Shown here piece after piece: positions 49,969 through 62,399 of a stretch of DNA of 64,000 nucleotides (within the stretch, counting starts at the first letter, position 1; the number at the start of each line of letters is the position of its first letter). This stretch comes from Lama glama (lineage: Eukaryota). Below the pieces are notes generated by a model. The model made no database searches, was not told where the DNA came from, and worked only from the letters and a program-made list of their open reading frames with translations. The position numbers were made by a program, and so were the translations under genes. The DNA is taken from positions 33,668,001 through 33,732,000 of the forward strand of contig CM052818.1 of assembly GCA_028534125.1 (NCBI GenBank), read 5' to 3'.

Positions 49969-52650
49969 CCTTTGGATTTTCTGTATACAGTACCATGTCA
50001 CCTGCAAATAGTGACAGTTTTACTTTTTCCTTTCCAATTTGGACACCACTGATTTCATTTTCTTGTCTGACTGCTGTGGCTAGGAATTCCATTACTGTGT
50101 TGAATAAAAGTGGCAAGAGTGAGCATCCTTATCTTGTTCCTGGTCTTAGAAGAAAAGCTTTTAGCTTCTCATCACTGAAGATGTTACCAGTGAGCTTGTA
50201 ATAGATGGCCTTTATTACATTGAGGTATGTTCCCTTGGTAACCTCCTTGTTGAGAATTTTTATCATAAAAGGATTGCACTTTGTCAAAAGCTTTTCTGCA
50301 TCTATTGGGACAATCAAATGCTTTTCTTTCTTCAATTTTTGAATGTGGTATATCATATTGATTGATTTACGGATATTGAACCAGCCTTATATCCCTGGGA
50401 TAAGTCCCACTTGATCATGGTATATGATTCTTCTAATGTATAGTTTAATTTGATTTGCTAATATTTTATTGAGGCCTTTTGCATTTATGTTCATCAGTGC
50501 TACTGACCTGTAATTTTCTTTTTTTTGTAGTGTCTGTCAGATTTTTGATATTGGGGTGATTCTGTCTTCATAGAATGAGTCCAGAAGTGTTCCTTCTTCA
50601 ATATTTTGGAATAGTCTGAGAACGATCAGTGTTAACTCTTCTTTAAATGTGCTGTAGAATTCACCTGTGAAGTCATCTGGTCCTGAACTTTTGTTTGTAG
50701 AGTTTTTAAATTACTGATTCAATTTCATTACTAGTAATTGGTCTGCATATTTTCTATTTCTCCCTGATTCAGTCTTGGGAGATTGGATGTTTCCATTTCT
50801 TCTAGGGTGTCCTTTTTATTGGCATATAATTATCTGTAGTAATCTCTTACGACCCTTTGTATTTCTGGTGTTGTCAGCAGTAACTTCTTTTTCATTTCTG
50901 ATTTTATCTGTTTGGCCCCTCTCTTTTTTCTTGATGAGTGTGGCTAAAGGTTTATCAAAATTTTTTTAACTTTTCATAGAACTAGCTCTTAGTTTCATTG
51001 TTCTTTTTTTTTTTTTTTAGTGTCTATTTCAATTATTTCTGCTCTAATCTTTACTATTTCTTTCCTTTTTCTAACTTTGGGTTTCGCTTGTTCTTTTTCT
51101 AGTTCCTTTAGGTATAAGGTTAGGTTGTTTATATGAGATTTTTTGTGTTTCCTGAGGTGGGCTTGTATCACTAAAAACTTCCCTCTTAGAACTGCTTTTG
51201 CAGCTTCCCATAGATTTTTGGATTGTTGTATTCCCATTTTTATTTTTCTCCAGATATTTTTTTATTTCCTCAGATGTCTTTAGTGACCCTTTGGCTGTTT
51301 AGTAGCATACTGTTTAGCCTCCATGTGTTTGTGCTTTTTGCAGTTTTCTGTTTTTGTAACTGACTTCTAGTGTCATACTCTTTGGTTGGAAAAGATGCTT
51401 GATATGACTTCTATCTTCTTACATTTATTAAGACTTGTTTTGTGGCCTAGCATGTGATCTGTCCTGGAGAATATTCCACATGTACTTGAAAAGAAAGTGT
51501 ATTCGGTTGTTTTTGCATGGAATGTCTATTAAACCTATCTGGTCTAATGTGTTATTTAAGGCCAATGGTTCCTTATTCATTTTTTTGTCTGGATGATCTG
51601 TCCATTGATGTAAATGAGGTGTTAAAGTCCCATACTACTATTGTGTTACTGTCAATTTCTCCCTTTATGTTTAATATTTGCTTATGTATTCAGGAGCGCC
51701 CATGTTGAGTGAACACATATTTACAATTGTTATAACTTCTTGTAGGATTGATCCCTTGATCATTATGTAACAGCCTCCTTTGTCTGTTACAGTCTTTGTT
51801 TTAAGTTCTATTTTGTCTCATGCAAGTGTTGCTACCCCAGCTTTCTTTTTGTTTCCACTTGCATGGTACATCTTTTTCCATCACCTCATTTTCAGTCAGA
51901 TCTGAAGTGAGTCTCTTTTATACAGCATATATACAGGTCTTATTTATATATCCATTCAGCCACTCTATGTCTCTTGATTGGATTATTTAGTTCATTTATA
52001 TCTAAAGTAATTATTGATAGGTATGTACTTACTGCCATTTAGTTAATTATTTTCTGGTTGGTTGTCATTTTTTGTTTGTTGTTCCTTTTTCTTCTTTTGT
52101 TCTCTTCCCTTGTGATCTGCTAATACTCTTTAGGTTAGGTTTGGATTTCTTTCTCTTTTTTTGTATGTGTATATATTGCAGATTTTTGGTTTGTGGTTAC
52201 CATGAGGTTTACATATAGCAACCAATATATATATTTTAAATTGATGAGCTCTTAAGTTTAAAGGCATTCTAACAATCCTGCGTTTTTTACTCCCCTCCCC
52301 AGTATGATGTTTTTGACATCATATTTTTATATCTTTTTGTTTCGCATATCCCTTAACCGTATTGTACACATAGATGATTTTACTAGTTTTGTCTTTTAAC
52401 CTTCCTACTAGCTTTAAAAGTGGTTAATTTCCTACCTTATTGTATATTTGCCTTTACCAAAGAGGTTTTTTTTTTCTTTCACAATGTTCATATTTAGTTG
52501 TGGTCTTTTCTTTTCTGGTTAAAGAAATTCCCTTAACATTTCTTGTAAAGCTGGTTTAGTGGTGCTGAACACTTAGCTTTTGCTTGTCTGTAGAACCCTT
52601 TGTCTCTCCTTCAAATCTGAAAGATAGCCTTGTTGGGTAGAATATTCTGA
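49638..52650 (-). mobile_element. L1 fragment (end of ORF1 through ORF2 endonuclease/RT), decayed
   Basis: [43 protein letters not shown] (RT FADD region), LWEAAKAVLRGKF; many stops and frameshifts. Confidence 0.92.
49932..49967. repeat. (GT)18 microsatellite within the L1 RT region
   Basis: Directly visible dinucleotide run. Confidence 0.95.
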
Positions 52651-53152
52651 TTCTGAGTTCTGCACCCCTCAGAATACACTAGGGGCCTTGGAGGGAAATG
52701 ATAAAAGTATCAAGGAGAAGGCTAAGTAGACAAGACTTTGCATTCACTACCCCCAGTTATTCAGGGCAACTCCATTTTTATTTATTATATATATAATGTT
52801 TTGCATAATCTTTTATTTAGAAAAAAAAAGTAGGTGGGGAGAGTTGTTCTACTGCTACTAAAACAAATTGAAACTACTTACCTAAACTAAATCTTAAACT
52901 ACTCCATATGAACTAACAAAGTGGAAACACTGGGCAAAGACCAAACAAAAAAGTAATCTGGGAATTCAGGTTCCCCTTGGAAGTAGTCTAACATTAACAG
53001 GTCTCCTTAAGGAACTTCTGAAAAAGACTGTCACTCTAGGACCTACATGAATCCAAACATTGAGGCTGGAACAGATGTACTCTATCTCTGAAGATAAAAG
53101 AGCAAACAAAGTATCAGACATAATCATTCAAAATTTACAGTTTTTACCTCAC

Positions 53153-53347
53153 CTTCCGATCATCAGGTACCAGATCTTGAAGCACCTTTCTCTTAGGCCA
53201 TTCCTTGGCCAGTTCAGCAGAGGCCAGTTCCTGCAGGTGGTACACAGCTATTTTGGCAGAACGCCTCTGAACTCTGCCCCCACTCTTTGGCTCCAGGCTC
53301 ATCTCCTTTAAGCACTCTGGCTGTCCCGACTCTGGAAAGAAGGAGAT
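53153..53347 (-). CDS. ZNF512: ZNF512 coding exon
   Basis: [41 protein letters not shown]...VPDDRK; tag| ... |gtgag. Confidence 0.94.
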
Positions 53348-53638
53348 CTACAAGAATGAGACATAGTAAAACACAAGCCTGAGAAATGGCTTCCATCAGA
53401 GTCAGTGATTAATGGCTGTTATTCCTGCTCTTAATATCAAAAGAGCTATTTACTGTCTTGCTAACCACTAGAATAAAGCTCCACCATTTTAATGAATATT
53501 TCACTGGTAAAACAGTTTCTTAGCAGGATAAAATCTGTTGTGTTGTAATAAGTTAAAGTGGTTGAAAGCCAAGATATATCCACATCCAAAGAAATAAACT
53601 TTGACCCATGTGCAAAAATTAATTCAAAATGAATTCTA

Positions 53639-54190
53639 GGAACCGCCATCTTCCAGTAATTTGCCAAAATGACCAACACAAAAGGAAAGAGGAGACTTCG
53701 CTATATGTTCTCTTATGCCTTTTAGAAAACAGGGTGTTGTTCCTTTGGCCACATATATGGAAATCTACAAGAAAGGTAGATATTGTAGGTATCAAGGGAA
53801 TGGGTACTGTTCAAAAAGGAATGCCCCACAAATGTTACCAGGGCAAAACTGGAAGTCTACAATGTTACCCAGCATGCTGTTGGCATTGTTGTAAGCAAAC
53901 AAGTTAAGGGCAAGAGTCTTGCCAAGAGAATTAATGTGTATACTGAGCATATTAAACACTCCAAGAGCTAAGATAGCTTCCCAAAACAAGCGAAGGAAAA
54001 TGATCAAAGAAGAAAGCCAAAGAGAAAGGTACTTGGGTTCAAATGAAGTGCCAGCCTGCTCCACCCAGAGAAGCACACTTTGTGAGAACCAATGGAAAGA
54101 AGCCTGAATTGTTGGAACTCATTCCCTATAAATTCATGGCATGATAGGCATCAAGAAAATAAAAGACCTGGATGGTAAATTAAAAAAAAA
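53639..54190 (+). pseudogene. RPL21: Processed pseudogene of ribosomal protein L21 inside a ZNF512 intron
   Basis: ATG 53669 MTNTKGKR..., [16 protein letters not shown], ends ...FMA-TGA 54142-54144; frameshifts; AATAAA at 54158 and A-tail 54182-54190; no introns. Confidence 0.93.
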
Positions 54191-54294
54191 TTTTTAAAAC
54201 CCCAAACCCCGAATAGATCATAGCCCTAAATGTAAACCATTAAAGTATAAAAATTCTAGAAGAAATCAAGAAAGAACATTTTTGTGACCCTGGA

Positions 54295-54813
54295 TATGAT
54301 GGTTTTTTTCCTGTGTCAACTTTGCTAGGCTACAGTCATCAGCCAAACATGGTATTCTTGTAAACCTAATTAATATCCATAATCAGTTGACTTTAAGTAA
54401 GAGAGATATGACAGAAAAAGAGGCAGGGGAGATTCCAAGCATGAGAGAGACTCAATGCTGCTGCTGATATGAAGATGTACGGGACCATAGGCCAAGAAAT
54501 ACAGGTGGCCTTTAGAAGCTGAGCACAACTCCCAACCTGTAGCAAACAAGGAAATGAGGTCCTATAACTGCATGGAACTGAATTCCTGAACAATCTTAAT
54601 AAGCCTAGAAACAGATCCTCCCCTTGGGCCTCCAGAAAGGAATAGCTCTACTGAAACTTCGATTCCATTCTAGTGACGCTCTATACAGGGGAACCAGCTG
54701 AGTGTGCTGGATGTAACCTGGACTTCTGGCCTAATAAACTGTGAAATAATACAACTGCATTAAGGATACTAACTTTATGGTGATTTTTTTAATGCAGTAA
54801 AAGAAAATTATAC
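54295..54813 (+). mobile_element. MLT-type (ERVL-MaLR) solo LTR inserted into an L1
   Basis: TGATGG...TGTGTCAACTT start, CTAGAAACAGATCCTCCCC...CCTCCAGAAAGGAA, ends ...GAAAATTATACA; L1 text resumes on both sides. Confidence 0.7.
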
Positions 54814-55950
54814 ATTGGGTTGGGCAAAGATATCTTAGATACAACAACAAAAGCATTATCCATAAAAGAAAAAAGAAGATAAATTGAATTTTATGAAAAT
54901 TAAGAATTCTGCCCTTTAAAAAATACTAAAAAAAAAAAAATGAAAAGACAAGCTACAGACTGAGAGAAAATATTTGCAAAACATGTATCTGATAAAAGAT
55001 TTGTGTTGAGAGTATATAAAAAACTCAAAATATATTCAAAAGTTAATAGTAAGACAACAAAAACTTCAACAATAAAATGAATAAAGGATTTCAACAGACA
55101 CTTCACCAAGGAAGAAACTTCTCTAAAGACTGACATTCCCAAGAAGCACATGAAAAGATGGTCAATATCATTAGTCATCATTAGTCATTAGGGAAATGCA
55201 AATTTAGACTGCATTAAAATACCACTACATACCTACTAGAATGGATTTTAAAAAATGAAACTGACAATAGCAAGTGCTGATAAAGATGCAAAGCAACTAG
55301 AATTCTCATACTTTGCTGGTAAGAATGCAAAAGGACACAGCTGCTTTGGAGAATACTATGGCAGTTTTTTTATAAAGTTAAACATACATTTATCATATGA
55401 CTTAGCAATCTCATTCCTAAGTATTTACCCAAGAGAAATTAAAACTTATTTTCACATGAAAAACCTTTATGTAAGTGTTTATAGTAGATTATTCATAATT
55501 GCCAAAAACCAGAAACAACCCCAAGTGCTTTTCAACTAGTGAATGGATAAACAAGTTGTGAAACAATCATACAATGGAATCCTAGACAGAAACAAAAGGG
55601 AATAAACTAATGATACATGCAACACATAGATGAACCTTAAATGCATTATGCTAAGTGAAAGAAGCTAGACTCAAAAGGCTATGCTATACGGTTCAATTTA
55701 TATGACATTCCAAAAAAGGTAAAACTATAGGGATAGTATCAGTGGTTGCCAGGGGATGTGGGTGGGAAGAACTGACTATAAAGAGACACAAAGGAATTTG
55801 GAGGGATGATCAAATTGTTCTATACTTTGATTACGGTGGTAATTACATGACTGTATGTACTTGTCGAAACTCTTACAACTGTACACTAAAAAGGATGAAT
55901 ATTAATTACCATATGCAAATTATACACTGAAACTTAGTGCTAAGAAAAAA
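54814..55950 (+). mobile_element. Old L1 ORF2 end and 3'UTR (continues the fragment at ~53585-54292)
   Basis: GAAAAGACAAGCTACAGACTGAGAGAAAATATTTGCAAA...GGGAAATGCAAAT etc. Confidence 0.85.
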
Positions 55951-56323
55951 ATGAGGGTTTTTTTTTCCCTACAGCTTAGAAGTGTAATCAGGAAAAGACA
56001 AAGTCCAAACAAAAAAATTGGAACAGAGGAACCAGCTGGACAGCTTCCTAAAAAATTTCTAGCTAAGGGAGAATGCCTTAAGTTTTAAACATATAATATT
56101 GAGTTTACTTCTGCCCAGATTATACAATGAAATTTGATTTCTCTAATCTAAGAATGATCAAAAGGCAGAAAGAAAGAGCACAAAGAACAAGGAAGAGAGA
56201 GCACAAGCATTCAAATTAAAAGGGGACACAAATGAGGAACCAAGGATGTAGGAAAGATGTAGGGGTGAGCAGTCACCACAGAATAGATCTCGAAACAGGG
56301 TCTGGAAAGTAATCAGTACTCAC

Positions 56324-56491
56324 AGGCCCATGTTCTGACCTCAGATGATACGCAAGTCCAGCCTTCGATCTATACGGCTTTCCACAGTGGTGACATTTCA
56401 GGGTCATCTTCTCCAGCTCTGCAGCCCCTTTGCCACATTTTCTGACATGGTACAGATATCCCATGATGCTGGTGAAGCTACTAGAGCAACT
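56324..56491 (-). CDS. ZNF512: ZNF512 coding exon (zinc fingers)
   Basis: [22 protein letters not shown]...[24 protein letters not shown]; cag| ... |gtgag. Confidence 0.95.
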
Positions 56492-57094
56492 CTGAACACA
56501 GGAGAGAGGCCTATACTATAATCTTACATATTTTGATATGATCTCTAAATTTCCAAACAGCCACAAAGCACTCAACCACATCATACAAACAGACTCTCTA
56601 ATATCACTAGACCATCTCTAGCATTTCCTACTGGCACAACCCTTACTTGTCCCTGGCCTGACTGCTCCCCTATCTACCACCAAGCATGATATTCAATCAA
56701 TTTAGTCAGCATTCAATAAACTAGAACTGTGCACCTCCTCTGCACCAGAGCTTCCTCCTTGGTCTATGATCCAACTCCACCCCAATATCAAATACCAGGA
56801 ATATCAAAGTTCCTTATACAAGGTTACTACAATCTCTTCATCACACTAAAGAAAGGATGATAAAGAAACTCCTTCAACAAGGGGAAAGAGGAGAAAACTA
56901 ATTTTTGGAGATGAGAAAGAAAATAAAGAACTATTAATGAGGGAGGAGACACTGAAATACAGGAGCCACTCTCATGCTGGCTTATGACACAAAACCAGAT
57001 CTATAAGGGAGAGGGAGGAGACATGGCAAAGAACTACAGAAAGACACTGAGCTGAGACTCCAGGCAGAAGGAGCTGCTGTCTTTGGGCTCTTAC

Positions 57095-57193
57095 CTCACG
57101 CATGCACCTGAGCTTTCCCAGCCTCTTGAGAACTGTTCGGAGACGTTCCCTCTCACTTGGCTCATCTATTTCATCTCCAGCCTTCAAAATGGG
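57095..57193 (-). CDS. ZNF512: ZNF512 coding exon
   Basis: [33 protein letters not shown]; tag| ... |gtaag. Confidence 0.94.
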
Positions 57194-57615
57194 CTAGAAA
57201 GCAAGAGAAGCAAACAAGCAGATGATTCATGGAAAAGACAGATACAGAAAAAAATTCTATCACAGGAGAATCAAGGACTGGACTAGCACCGAAGCTGATG
57301 CCCATGAAGTTTGAGTTATCTGACTCCTGACTTTCTCCATCTTTTCCTACACACTGAACTGAATGTAATAGAAGTAAAAGTTCAAAGCCTCTACCTCCCA
57401 GGATATGAACCTTTGGGCTAACCTAAACACATAAATACCCTTTGTATCTACCACAAAGATTTCATTGTATGTAATTCTTCTATCAAAAGGCTCTTCTTAC
57501 TTACAGCCCTATGAAGTCCCAGAGCCTTAGCCATCTCCACTGAGTTATCTACACTCATCCAAGTAAAGACATCCAAATACCACATCGGCTCATATAGTAC
57601 AGAAGACACTCTTAC

Positions 57616-57702
57616 CAAGCTATTATGATTTGCCATGACGTGATACTTCATCCCTGCCAGTGAACGAAGTTGTTTCCCACAATGATGACAAGTAAACATT
57701 TC
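57616..57702 (-). CDS. ZNF512: ZNF512 coding exon (C2H2 finger)
   Basis: [29 protein letters not shown]; cag| ... |gtaag. Confidence 0.95.
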
Positions 57703-57904
57703 CTGCCAAGGGAAAAATACTGCTCAGTGCCAGGCTGTTCAACAGAGAAATAGAATGTCACAAAGTCCTGTTCAAATGTTCTCATCTGTATCTTCTTTAT
57801 TTCCCAAACTCTGTAATAGTCAATGGATCTCAAAATCCCACAAGCTCACTGTCAAGTCCTCAAGGGCAAAGAAGTAAAAGCTACTCATTTTTAAAGTAAT
57901 AAGA

Positions 57905-58120
57905 ATTACTACCATTTACTGAGTGTCAATATTTGCCAAGCAAAGGGGTAGGCACTTAGCATATATTATGTATTTTTTATCCTCTGATGGACTACACAAG
58001 TAGTAATTATTTTATCTCTATTTTATAAATGAGGAAACTGAGGTCCACACATACAAAACTGACACAACTAAGTGGCTGAATGAAGATTCAAACCCAAGAC
58101 TGTCAGACTCCAAAGCCTAT
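57905..58120 (-). mobile_element. MIR SINE
   Basis: ATTTTATAAATGAGGAAACTGAGG...GATTCAAACCCAAG...GACTCCAAAGCC. Confidence 0.7.
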
Positions 58121-58237
58121 GTTTTCTCTGTGACATAAGGCTGCCTCTTCTCCATAGTAACCAACATATTCAACACAGTGCCAGATGTTTAAAAATAAAA
58201 AGTCACAACAGTTATGAAATGCCACAAAATATCTAAC

Positions 58238-58362
58238 CTGTTTGCAGTTTTCCATGTGTTTCTTTAAGCCCTCTATGGTCTTCCTCCCCACTGCCTGGCA
58301 GGTAGGACAGGAAACACTGCCTTTATCCACAATTTCTAAGTACCACTGCTCCTCTAAACTGC
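58238..58362 (-). CDS. ZNF512: ZNF512 coding exon
   Basis: [41 protein letters not shown]; tag| ... |gttag. Confidence 0.95.
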
Positions 58363-59022
58363 CTATAAAGGAAAGAAAGGAACACTTATAATCTGTAGTA
58401 TCCTCCAGAAACAAAAAGCACAATCCCAGAATTTAGGAAAAGTATCATAAAATGGTTTTTCTCTTTCCTGGGGGAGAGACTATAGCTGTATACAACTTTT
58501 ACAAATAATCTTTTTAAGCCAGTGAAGAATTTCTGAAACTCCTACTCAATTCCCCATGACAAAAACCATCCGAGAACCACGCCAAAGCCCAGTGGCTTAA
58601 AAAAATGAGCAATAACTTTTTTCACAGTTTTTTTGAGGTATAACTGACAATGTGTAAAATTTTTCATAGCATCATATTAGAGTAGGATACTGAGATGTGT
58701 AACAGCTGGTTTGCTAAGTATTTCCTATGTGCCTGAGACTCTGTTAAATGTTTTTATCCTATTTAACTTTCACAACAATTCTGACTCCCTTTATTATCCT
58801 TATTTAGAGACATGGAAACTGAAACCTGCAGAAGTTAAGAAGCAGGTCAGAAAATTAACAAAGAGCCAAAACTTAAACAAGGGTCTGACTGTCTTCCAAA
58901 CCCATGCCCTCATAAGTGCCTCCTTAAAGAAATGCTTTGGTACATCATTCCTTTACCAATGACAACAAAAAAAGACACAACGAGAGAACCAGATCTCACA
59001 AAGCTTCCAAAAGAAAGCATAC

Positions 59023-59106
59023 CTGCTGCATAAGCTGGTGGTTCCTTCCGAATACGACGAGCTTGGGCTTTGGGATTAGGCTGAGTTTTAGGTCGTTGCT
59101 TCCTCC
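59023..59106 (-). CDS. ZNF512: ZNF512 coding exon
   Basis: [27 protein letters not shown]; cag| ... |gtatg. Confidence 0.93.
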
Positions 59107-59396
59107 CTGATGCAAGACAGAAACTTGAAGCCCAACACATCACCTTTGCTAACCTGTCTCTAGTACCAAAACCTCTTCCCTCCTCTTCTCAACGCCCTAT
59201 GCCCCACTCCCTCAACCAACTGACACATAACAGAAGAAAAGGGTAACGTAAGGCAGGATGGAGGCTATTTTCCTTGCCAGAAAATTCAAAGGGCTCAAAG
59301 TACTTCAAGGGATAAAACCTAAGATCCCTCTCCCTTTTACCTTCAAATAAAGCCCAGGCACCCAGGGAAAAAGAGTTAGCAAAGTTACTCCCTTAC

Positions 59397-59492
59397 CATA
59401 AAGCTTATGCTTCTTCTGAGGAAATTCGCGATAGTCCTCATCTTCTTCCTGCCTGGGTTTCCTTTTTCCTTTGGTTGAAACTCCACCTGACC
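59397..59492 (-). CDS. ZNF512: ZNF512 coding exon
   Basis: [31 protein letters not shown]; cag| ... |gtaag. Confidence 0.93.
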
Positions 59493-59821
59493 CTGAAATA
59501 ACACAGAAAACCAAAACAAAAACTTAGTACAGTTTATAAGTGAACATCTGGGCCTGCCTTCAACTCATCGATCACAAGACCATCAGAGGGAAAGATGATC
59601 AGCGAGCAAGGCCTCACAGAAGTGTTGGTAATAGTTTTAGGGAAGTTAGTATAACTTCTCATTAATTGACTCAATCTTGCCTTTTCCTTTTGAGCTGTTC
59701 TCCATCCCAAGTGATCAGTTCTTCCCTATGAATAATAAGATCCTTCAAGCAGTGAGATTTGTTTAATCCTGATTTGAGGCTAACACTGAAGCAGAAAAAC
59801 AGTTCAAGATATAAGGCCACT

Positions 59822-60500
59822 TTGTGACATCCGGCTTGAAAACCGTAAAAACTACCACATAAGCAGGTAGAGGAGGAAGACAGAAGCACCTATTCCATGG
59901 TTGGCATTTTTGATGCCTTCATGGAATGTGAAGCCTTAGCAAGACTTGAGTTATATTCTTGTGGAAAGGCATTAAATTATTTCTGTATATTATGTAGTAG
60001 GTTCCTTCACTTTTTGCAGAATAGCAAATCTAGCTTCCTTGTACAAACTTAGAGCTTATCCAAAGATTTCTTTTTACCTCATATTTCTTAGAAATTTAAT
60101 GGGGTATATGTTGTTTTCCTATGCCTTTTCGCTCAAGCAGCATATATATCAATGCTGACTTTTTCTTTCTTAGATACAGTGTAAAAAAATTTTTTTCCTA
60201 TGAAAGAAAGGGATTAAAAAATTTTTTTTCCCTAAAGCTTTCTTGAAGGTCAGGGGCTTTATCTATGAAAAAGTAGCAAATACTCATTTGTAACCTATGT
60301 GAAGCAGCAGCCAGCCTTAAAATAGTCCTTTCTGGCTAAGGGTTAGAACAGTGAGTACCAGTACAATTGTTTGGGCTGCTTTTAATGTCTCTTAATCAAA
60401 ATTACTAGATGACAGAATTCAAGAATTTGTTACATGTTATTACTTGGTGTACTGATAATCATTTAAAAGTAACGACTCTCTGTCATGTGGGGAAAAAAAA
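59822..60500 (+). pseudogene. Putative retrotransposed mRNA fragment (3'UTR-like), parent not identified
   Basis: Ends in an A-run at ~60493-60501; degenerate flanking direct repeat AAGATATAAGGCCACT (~59806) / AAGACATAGGCTACT (~60500); no recognisable TE motifs. Confidence 0.5.
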
Positions 60501-60863
60501 AGACATAGGCTACTAAGAACCCCTGAGACTATGACCACTAAGATAACTCTACTCAGAATATCCCTTAATAGACCCTCAACAGAGGATCAAACTAGAACAA
60601 CAGAAAAGAAAGTTCAATTCATACGAAGAGGTAAAGCTGATACCAGTATAACCTAGAGGAGTGAGATCAGCAGAATTTCACTCAGTAAAATAGAGGGACC
60701 GTTCATGAAGTTAACAGTATATGATAGCTTAACATCTTTAAAAAATTTCAATCATTAATAAGAAACATGTATGTGGTACTTAATGCTTTAAAAGCCATTT
60801 ACAGCAGCTACCTTAAAATATAACTTTAGAGAGTTTTCTGTCTTTGGAATAAGATTCTGATAC

Positions 60864-61048
60864 CTTCAACATGGGAAGTAGCAGCTGGCTTGATCCTTCT
60901 CATCTTCATCCAGTAGGTAGATTTTCGGAAGGATGCTGGAAAATCACTCACTGGTTCACACGAAGAGGCGGATGATGAACCGCTTAAGGAATCATCGTGA
61001 GGGATAGTGTACTGGAAACTATTATCCTTTATGGAGCACTGGGTCCTG
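60864..61048 (-). CDS. ZNF512: ZNF512 most 5' coding exon in the window (earlier exons lie beyond the right edge)
   Basis: [32 protein letters not shown]...ATSHVE; tandem TAG/CAG acceptor; |gtatc donor. Confidence 0.93.
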
Positions 61049-62399
61049 CTATTAATATGACACAAAGATATATACTGCAAAAGAGGGTCTGGAGTAAAGT
61101 TCCTGTTAATTGTATTACAAAAAGATAACCAAGTTGGTAACCTGTGCAAAAAACTAGGAAGCTTGATAATAAAAATAGAATTTAGATAGCAATTTTCTAA
61201 CAATTAAAACAATTGCTCTAACACAATATATATAATTATTATACTCCATTGTAATCAGAAAGAGTAAGCAGTCCACATAAATGATCACTCTGTAGCCCAA
61301 GTAGGCATTCCTTTCTAAATTCATCAAAGCAATAGGGTGTTCCGTGACCCTTCAGATGATCCCCTGGATCTGTAACCAGGTATTTCCAGGCCTCTCTATA
61401 TCTCTGGCAGAGGAATAGTAACTGAATAGTATCTCTGAGAATAAAGAAGGAAGAGCATAGTTTGTAGGCTCTAGTCTGATCCATCTTCCTTTTCCTGAGC
61501 CTCCTCCCTAAATCTTGATATCAGGGCACCTTGTCTTACTTAGGCAACAATGCTACTTAGATCCCATAGCTAAAGGAAGGGTGCCACCTTGTTTGAGTTA
61601 AACTGGCCAGAAGTCTGTTATACAGCTGATCCAAATTCCCAAATCTAGGACCAGTCAATATGTAGTTGACAAATATTGCTGAGTAGCTAAAAAGTATCTT
61701 CTAGGTGGTTCAAGATGCAGTAGAGTGTCAGTTCTCAAAGTGTAGTCCAATGATCTCTGAGACATCCCTTTTCCAGCTAACTAACCATGTGAGTGAGGGC
61801 TGCCTTAGATTTACAGTTTAGAAAGGTCACTCTGGATGCTGCATAAAAGATGACCCATGGAGGAAGAGTGAATGAAAGGAGAAGAGTTAGCAGCTTGTTG
61901 CAACAGTATGAATAAGAGATAATGAAAGCTTGAACTTGAACTAAGGTTTCGTAGTAGAGCTGATAAATTGACAGATTCAAGACAACACTTTAAAGGTAGA
62001 GCTGGTAAGAATTACATATGGAGGTTTGTGGTAGCAGGGATTTGGAAGTAACACAGGTGACCATTCTTAGGGACAAATGAAAGTAAAATATGATAGATGC
62101 CTACCTACTATGAAATACTAGTTGTTAGAAGCCATAAACTATTTCTACACATCTAGAGATATGAACATTACTAAAAAGCGTATTTAGAAGGAAAAAAGAA
62201 ACAGAAGATTTATAGTACAATGTCAATTCAGTAAATTAAAAACAAATATAAATGTAAATGGCACTAGCTATTTTACAAGGACCATAAATATTTAAGGACA
62301 AATATCAAATTTGTTAGTATGGTTGTCTCTGGGAGGAAGGGATGAAAATGGTAACAGGGACTTATGATTTGTACAAGGCAGACCTAAACCATCATTAAA

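Noticed and set aside
49723..51237. Reverse-transcriptase-like ORFs as an active or domesticated RT gene
   Set aside because: Fragmented L1 ORF2 with stops, frameshifts, a mutated FADD motif (FAGD) and a microsatellite insertion
60855..60863. ZNF512 donor GTATCA as a second U12 site
   Set aside because: Reads GTATCAGAA, not GTATCCTT, and there is no TCCTTAAC branch point at the next acceptor
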